A stretch of 64,000 nt of DNA from Octopus vulgaris (taxonomy: Eukaryota): positions 62,124,001 to 62,188,000 of the forward strand of contig OX597832.1 in the NCBI GenBank assembly GCA_951406725.2, written 5' to 3'. The translations under genes were made by a program, and so were the position numbers. Under the pieces are notes generated by a model. The model was not told the origin of the DNA and made no database searches. It saw only the letters and a list, made by a program, of their open reading frames with translations. The stretch's first letter is position 1, and every line of letters begins with the position of its first letter. This document shows positions 55,271 to 64,000 of this stretch, one piece after another.

Positions 55271-56107
55271 AGATCTACAGAGCTTTCCGTCCACCGATTT
55301 CACTAAGAAGAAAATAGTCGGTCCAGAATTATCGCCAAAAGACACTTACCCGCTCAAACATCCAGGCAGTGAGAAAGCATACGAAATCACGTGGTAGCAA
55401 AACGATCTTCTCACCCACGCAGCCAAGCGTTGTATTGACAGCAACACTTTCCATGTCGTCTCTCGTGTTCAGTATTCTCAATGCTCTCCATATTGTTTTT
55501 CGTTTTCTCTCTCGGTTTTCTAATCCACTAGAATTCTAATCGACAACGCTATAACATATAACTGCAAAGCCTAGAATAGCATTATTGCCAATATATTTAT
55601 TTATATCTAATTATATTTATTCAGCTCTGTTACATGAATTAATCTAATACATCTATTAAATTTTTCCTTTAGTTATGTCTACATCGTCTGGTTCATTAAC
55701 TTTTATTTATTTATTTAGTCATTTATTTATTTATTGTTATTATTACTATTATTAAAGTCTTCGTTCATTCGATTTCTCCTATCTGTGAGGTCTCTTATCT
55801 AAGCTGATAGTAGTAAGTATTTACTTAATAACCGCCTCTCTTCAACATTGCCTTTCAATTTGTTTATCACGAAATGGAATTTTATACGAATTACGAATTT
55901 CTTAACTGAAATCGTTCCAGCGTACTAAGTCGGTGCATCCATATTTAATTCGATGCTGCTTTGGGAGAATAAAAAAAAAATAAATAAAAATAATAATAAT
56001 AATAATAAGAATAATAACAATATTAACAATAACTGCAACAGCAACAAAAACAACAACGACGACAACGACAACGATGGTGTTGGTGGTGGTGGTGGTGGTG
56101 GTGGTGC

Positions 56108-56191
<84 letters not shown>

Positions 56192-56234
56192 GTACCAGGC
56201 ACTGGTTCTCATAGATTCTGATCTTAACTGATTG

Positions 56235-57290
56235 GAATTGTTATTGGGTTCAGTGAAGATTTTGAGATAGGAATTTGTGTTTTGAGTACCGTGGAAAGAG
56301 ACCCAGTGTGACATTTGACCACAGATCTCTGCGGGGTACTCTTGCAGATCCAGTCAATGATGACGTTTGTAGGTCTTTTATCTTTACATTCGTTGGAATG
56401 TTTTTGCGCCATATTAGTAGTTGGGCAGTGATACTCGAAAGTACACCAATCATTGTCGGTATCATTTCTACGTTCTTCATTGTCCACAACCTTCGTATTT
56501 CCCACTTCTATTTCAATTTTTCTTTGTCTTTCTCTTCAATCATGTTTTCACCAGGACGGGCTATGTCAGATGTAAGGGAAGCTTTTAGTTTTCTGTTCAC
56601 TACAACACTATGATGGTTTCGATGTTTAATCTGATGGTCACACTAAATTATTGCATCCTACAGGATTTTACAATCCTCATTCTCAATAACACCTTCTGGG
56701 ATTTGGTCATACCACCTCTTTGATTTTTGTAGACCATAATTTCCACCAGAGTTCCGAATGGCTTAATCTTGCCACATGTCGCTTTTTGTATTTCGACCAC
56801 TCACTTATCGTGTGCCACAGTTTCACCCTGCTTACCATACATTCTGTATTAGTGCCTCTCAGTTTGATTATCAGTTCTGCATTTCACATAGTTTGTCTCC
56901 AATGCCTGTTCTTGTGCCTCTATTATAAGTGCTTCTGTATTTATTCTCTAATCACTCCTCTGCATCCATAACCACCAGCCTCCTGTATCTGCTTTGTGCT
57001 AGTATCTCTTCCTAACTGACCGTACATTCTTTTCCTTTCCATGCCATTTCTTTTTTCGATCTTTTTCCTTTTCAATTTCTCTTTCTCATTGCAATTATCA
57101 GTCTTGACGATGCCAGACTTCTTCACAAGCATCAACAATGGTTCAACGGCACATTTTTCCCATACTACGCTCAACTGTTTTCTTCTAATTCAACACAATC
57201 CTGGCAACTGATCAAACCTCTCCGACCCTTTCTTCTGAAGAAGTACAACCGGTCACGTGTCAAGCTTGGGAGTGGATGTTCTTTGCAATG
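56235..57290 (-). mobile_element. Older R4/Dong-type LINE fragment adjoining (ATT)n
   Basis: Minus translation DRLYFFRRKGRRGLIS, KRMYGQ, AQEQAL.TNY, RWYDQIPEGVIENEDCKIL, EIRRLW.MK.VE.IP..IG. Confidence 0.85.
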
Positions 57291-57294
57291 TTAC

Positions 57295-57715
<421 letters not shown>

Positions 57716-58526
57716 TCTGCACTATTATCATTCCTTCCCAATATACATTTAAATCTCTAGGTTCTCACGTATCATATACACCAAACACATACACACACAC
57801 CCACACCCACTGTACTTTATGCGGTCCCCTCCAGATCTTTACTTAACTATATAATACCGCAAGTTTATTTTGCTTAAAGTCGGTCTTTTCTTCTCTTTTC
57901 TTCTCCTTCACAATAGGAAGAACATGATGCGAATGAGAGGTATCAAATGATAGAAAACTGATCCTGGCTTTAAAACTGAAGCAAATATTTATCGTTTTCT
58001 CCATGGAACAACAAGACAATTATTATACAATTGCCATCGACTGTTTTATTGTAACTTTATAGGATTGTTTGGGTTCTTCTTTCAGGAGCAGAACCCCCCA
58101 CCTAACCCCTAAGAATACCATTTTAGTATTTTATTGATGTTCTGTGCGGATGTGCATCCGAGTGTGCATGTGTGCGTGTGTGAGTGTATTGGTGTGTGTG
58201 TGTGTGAGAGAGTTTGTGTGTGTGTTAGAGTAATAAGTTTATATTTCTCTGCGCTCTATAAATAGATAAATGGATAGATTAATAGATAGATGTATATAAG
58301 TATATATATGTATTATATATATTCTATATATACAAACATATGTATACACATGCATACATTTTATACGTATACTATATATATATATATAAACATACATATA
58401 CGCACACATATTTTATACGAGCATGTGTATGTATATATGCTTGTATATGTATATATATATGTGGGTAATATATGTAAATATATGTACATGTGGTTGTGTG
58501 TGTATATATATATGTGTGTGTGTGTG

Positions 58527-58567
<41 letters not shown>

Positions 58568-58961
58568 GCATATATATTATTGTATGCATGTATCTATATA
58601 AAATACATACATACATATATATATATATATACATATATATGTGTGTATGTGCATGTATAAACAGACACACATTATCATACACAATTCTGGATCCACAGGT
58701 ACATCGGAAGTAAACAATGAATAATTCCTTCAGATAAATATTCCATTTGAGGCACCATCCCTTCTTTTGTTTACTCTCGTCTTCATTTCAAGCTTCTTTC
58801 CTTCCTTCCGCCTTCGTATTCCTTTTGCACACCATTCCATAATAGAACGGAATCACACCGCCACCGCAAAGGGTCTATGTTTATAATAAAAGACTTCTTT
58901 AACGATCACTAATTTTGGTTCTCTTCCCCGTTTTTTGTCGCTTTTTTTCTTTCTCTGTCTA

Positions 58962-59010
<49 letters not shown>

Positions 59011-59568
59011 TTGTGTGTGTCTCTCTCTCTGACTTTGAATCTACAATTATTTATGCATTCTTACCTTCAACTGTTTTTGTAGTATACGAATACAATTTGT
59101 CCACTAAGACAAACGGAACACTATTGTGCCTTTCAGTTATGTATATACATTTAGTATGATTCAGAGATGGTGATTTTAATCCAATGCATTCACTTAATAT
59201 TTAAACCACAGCAATCTAGCCGCAAAGCCAGGGAATATATCATTTTCTGTTTTTTATGTATCATGGCACGAATTCTGTCTAAGAAATTCGCAAGTGGATA
59301 CACTTCATTGATAAGCCTGAGGGAAGGCGAAACGTGAATGACGATCACGTGGGTCATTGAGGTAACAGTGTGTAATGTATAAACTTATATTTTCAAGCAT
59401 ACATATGAATGTGCGCATGCGTGTGCGTGTATGTGTGTGTGTACTTGTGCACGTATGCAGATGTATGTTTATTATCAGTTTCAGTTAATTTCAAAAAATT
59501 AATTCTAGTCGAAGAAAATGCAGAATTCGAGTATCGAAAGAAACGATCACATAATTCATTATATATAC

Positions 59569-59687
<119 letters not shown>

Positions 59688-59713
59688 ATATATACATACA
59701 CATAAACACACAC

Positions 59714-59745
<32 letters not shown>

Positions 59746-60381
59746 TGAAAAATACGCACACACACAAACATGTGTACATATATGTATACTTACAGTCATA
59801 CATACAGATACGTACATACACAAACGTACGTATGTATATCTATTCACAGATACATATATGTATGCACACAAACATACATTTACATTAATGTGAGGGTTTT
59901 TCTGTACGCATGTGTGTGTTTGTGTATGTGTGCGTGGTCGTATGATCATGTACGTACTTTAGCGCAGATATATATATATTTTATATATATACGTACATAT
60001 TGTGATTTGTGCGCAGAGCACCTGCCTGTATCTTCTAGTAATTCTTTAATTAAATGTTAACCATTGTTTTCACGCACTTGTCAATGGACGCTGCCGATTC
60101 TATGTGAGTAAAGATAGAGCATAAATTCAATAAAATTACATCGCAACGAGTGCATCTCCGGAACATATACATGCACATATCGCACATCTTTCTCCCTTTC
60201 TCTCTCTCTCTCTCTCTTTCTATCTATCTATCTAACTATCTATCTCTCACTTTATATATATATATATGAATATATATATGTATGTATATATGTATGTATA
60301 TATATACATATATATATATTTATATATATATTGTAGATACACTCATATACATGTATATGAGTATATATATATATGTATATG

Positions 60382-60438
<57 letters not shown>

Positions 60439-60524
60439 ATGAGCCAGATAGATAAAAATACATATATACATATATATATATATTTATATATATATTGTAG
60501 ATACACTCATATACATGTATATGA

Positions 60525-60566
<42 letters not shown>

Positions 60567-61033
60567 TATAGATACATAAATATATTTGCATACACATATA
60601 TATCTATATGTATATATTTACATATATACATATATATAAACATAAATACACATATATCTTTATGTACGTATGCATTTTTGTACGTACGTATGTGTGCATT
60701 AAGCAAGTTCATAAACTTTACATCCCTTCATGTTTTAATAACATCTTGAGAGAGATATTTAAGGACATGCAAGCTTGTTTCATATTCATTAATAATTCTT
60801 TTTTCCCTCGTTATTCTTTTAAATATCTATTATTAATGAAAGTCTTAATGCTGATGAAAACCTATCAATCGTCTCTGCGTACTTTTCCTATCCAAATATC
60901 GTTTCAGTAGCCAGGAAATACCGGAATTTTTCACATGCATCTTCTTTTATTTTTATGTCGAATTCTGAAGAGTTTGGTAACTAGGAATAACGCATTGTTC
61001 GAAAATACACGCATACATATACACATTTATATT

Positions 61034-61079
<46 letters not shown>

Positions 61080-62184
61080 CACATGCACATGGACACAGTC
61101 ACACGTACTTGAATATGTATGTGTGTCTACATGTTTATTATTATTATTATCATTATTACCATCAGCATTATTATTATTGTTATTGTTATTATTATTATTG
61201 TCTTTCTAATGGGAAAATATATAAGAAATTAATAATAAATTATTTGTAGATACGAAACAAATAATAAATGAGGATTTAATGAGATATACGTGCGAAAAAA
61301 TACTCTCCATGTATCAATATTTTACAATATATACACGAATATATGATATAGATATATAAATATGTGTCTGTTTATGCATATAACTCTACAATTATATGAA
61401 TACACATATACACACATAGATACATATATAGATGCATAAATATATGCATATAAGTAAAGAGACGGAAAGAGAAGCGGAATATATAAGAAATTGGAAAAGA
61501 GAGTTCACAATGGACGATGTAAAGTGTATTGTAGTATACAAACTAATTGGCAACCTGACGAACCTAATACGGTGAAACTGGTACAGGAACCGAGTACACA
61601 CCCCTTGATATACACATGAAAACACTCGTGCACATACACACACAGATATTTATGCCTGTATATTTGTATTTATGATATTCATACGGATATATAAATATAT
61701 ATGTGTGAGTGTATAAATTATAATTGTACAATGTTAGATTGTCCCTAGCCCTGTATTATGTTATCCAGCGATCACATTACTGTGTTTTCCATCATACTGT
61801 TGTTGTTTTTTTTTTCTTATAATAAAATGATGAAGTCATCTTCTATTGTTTTCCTTGTTTTTTGTTGTCGCTTTTCTTTTTCTTCTATTTTCCTTTTCTT
61901 TCTTCCATATTTAAATTAACTTTCATATCTTTTGTCATTTATATCGTCATGTTCGGGTTACACGTACTTCAAGACGAAAACAGTAATTTTTATATAAATT
62001 TTCTTCTATGCATCGTGATTCTATAGTTGAAATGCTCCCCTTGACGACTTCGTTATGAGTTCACTGCCATGGCGCGACATCTTGGGTTAAAACAGTCGAT
62101 TACAGACCGGGCCCACCAATACCTTGTGTGCTTGTGAGTAAATTCATCTGTGCGAAAAACCTTTCGTGTACACACACATACACA

Positions 62185-62242
<58 letters not shown>

Positions 62243-62335
62243 CCCATACGCGTATAAATAAAATTTACAGGAAGAGTAAAAATATATATATGTAAAAGAA
62301 TGAGTACAGATGGCTTTTTTGAGGGGATAATTTTC

Positions 62336-63039
62336 ATGCTGGTAAAATTTCGAACAAATTTATCAAAAAATATTTAAACATAATAAATAACATTAGGGTA
62401 ATAATGCTCTTTCTAGCACAAGGCTTTCCTATTTGGGAGCCTCTTGATGTGTTTTAATATGCACGATATTTTTATGCGAATGATATATAGTCTATTGACT
62501 AATTCTTTTTTTTTTGTGCTAGGCCACTGGTAATAATAATTTATACAATTCTTATTACCCTAATGTTATTTATTATGTTTAAATATTTTTTGATAAATTT
62601 GTTCGAAATTTTACCGGCATCCTCTCTTTCGCCGGAAATAATCTGCATCTGCGCAGTGGTCTGAAAAGTTAAGATATACAGGTAACTAGTTTGCATGTGG
62701 ATCTAGTTTTGTGAATATTTGAAATCTAAAGGCTCCCTACTGACGAAAACTAGCCTCAGTAAATATTTTTTTACTGGAATTAGTTAGAAACCGTGGTCTA
62801 GGAAGTAACTGAGATGGTAAACGTTTTTCATTTTCATTCCTTTCGAGAATTTATCCCCAATTAGTCGTTTGAGTTTTTAACTGCTCTTTCTAGCACAAGG
62901 CTTTCCTATTTGGAAGTCTCTTCATGAGTTTTAATGTACACGATACTTTTATTTGAATAATATATAGTCTATTGACTAATTCTTTTACGTGCTAGGCCAC
63001 TGGTAATAATAATTTCTATAATTCTTATTACCCTAATGT

Positions 63040-63041
<2 letters not shown>
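62336..63041 (+). mobile_element. Non-coding HHR element: inverted 5' arm + 1.3 tandem units of ~477 bp
   Basis: 62336-62404 is the reverse complement of 62552-62620; 62405-~62567 is repeated directly at 62882-63041; followed by (TA)n. Confidence 0.85.
62733..62805 (+). ncRNA. Putative type-I hammerhead ribozyme with canonical core
   Basis: ctcccta-CTGACGA-a-aactag..cagtaaa/tttactg..ttagtt-a-GAAA-cc-gt-gg-TC-taggaag; predicted cleavage after C62798. Confidence 0.8.
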
Positions 63042-63105
<64 letters not shown>

Positions 63106-63310
63106 ATGTTACAATAAAATACACAAGTCATGTGCAATACAGTTACATAGGATTTCCTGGTCAAACATGAGTTTATTTCGACATATTTCGAGTAAAGAGA
63201 AAGACCGTTTGGCAGTTGCTGTTTGACGAAACAGGGTCTGTTTCTTCAAAGGTCATAAGGAAGGAGACAAAAAGCAAGACACAAAGTGACATAACCAATA
63301 TTAACAATAA

Positions 63311-63504
63311 ACAAATGTCAGAAAGACATAAACAAGATATTAATGTTGTTTATGATGTGTCGGGTGGCCTATATTAAAATTCCGCTAAGAAGTATTTCTT
63401 AAAATGTGGACATAAAGAAAAATACATTATGGTAGAATTTTAAAATAGGCCACGGGACACATCGTAAACCATTAATATCATATTTACGTCTTTCTGACAT
63501 TTGT
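63311..63504. repeat. Diverged inverted repeat (~70-bp arms, ~50-bp spacer)
   Basis: acaaatgtcagaaagac...tggcctatattaaaattc / gaattttaaaataggcca...gtctttctgacatttgt. Confidence 0.85.
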
Positions 63505-64000
63505 AATGTTCGTGTAATTCACGATTTCATTTATATTACTTAGAGAAAGGGAAATAACTCATGTCGAAATTGCAAAAAATTATTAAGGAGAATAATTCAA
63601 ATATTTCCATAATTGTAATTGTGAATGAAAAATATAATAAACACTTTTAATACCGCTAATGTACATTGTGCAAAATAAAATTAAAAAATTAGTTGGTAAT
63701 TAAATATTTCGTAATGGGAGAAATGTATGTAAGGTTGGCGAGGATATTAGATAATTAATTGATGTAAATCCATCAGGTTAATTAAAATGGAGTTAATTGT
63801 GTATTCATGTTACAGACTGAAAATTTCCTTGTATGTCAACAAAAACGAAAATATTAATTCAATCCTATTTAAGATACTTCTCAGCAGAATGATTATATCA
63901 AGTGTTTTCATTGCTTAGAAGTTGCAACTGTTTCCACGGTTGTTCTGTAGTTGCTTGCTTTTCGGCTGCAATTCATTTCACTGTAGTATTGTCTATCTTT

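Noticed and set aside
59304-59338. HHR-like ttca-ttgataa-gcct/aggc-gaaa-cg-tgaa (possible U3:A8 variant)
   Set aside because: The UH cleavage dinucleotide is missing and I see no second copy, so it could be chance
60313-60540. 164-bp-period duplication containing the palindrome actcatatacatgtatatgagt
   Set aside because: Lies within TA microsatellite; explained by slippage or local duplication

Overview
This is AT-rich, microsatellite-saturated eukaryotic DNA. I found no supportable host gene, and nearly all ORFs in the track are translations of simple repeats. The SINE families and repeat landscape resemble what I recognise from coleoid cephalopod (Octopus-like) genomes; that is an inference, not a database result. 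Recognisable elements are: a 5'-truncated Penelope-like element (RT + GIY-YIG, one frameshift); a probable older decayed one; three R4/Dong-type RLE LINE loci sitting in microsatellites; a CR1-like 3' end; mariner DD34D and rosa DD41D transposon relics; a non-autonomous Helitron; and many tRNA-derived SINEs. The most striking signal is non-coding. More than a dozen minimal type-I hammerhead ribozyme (HHR) motifs, read by eye, occur in at least seven repeat families. They include (i) a tRNA-headed SINE carrying an HHR, (ii) near-perfect fold-back palindromes with non-canonical cores (G3:C8 swap, U4C), (iii) a family with a recurring A6U core, (iv) a 1.3-unit tandem element with an inverted 5' arm, and (v) a decayed ~200-bp tandem HHR array. 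Together these suggest a Penelope-mobilised, retrozyme-like system. Ribozyme activity and circular RNA production are inferred, not shown.
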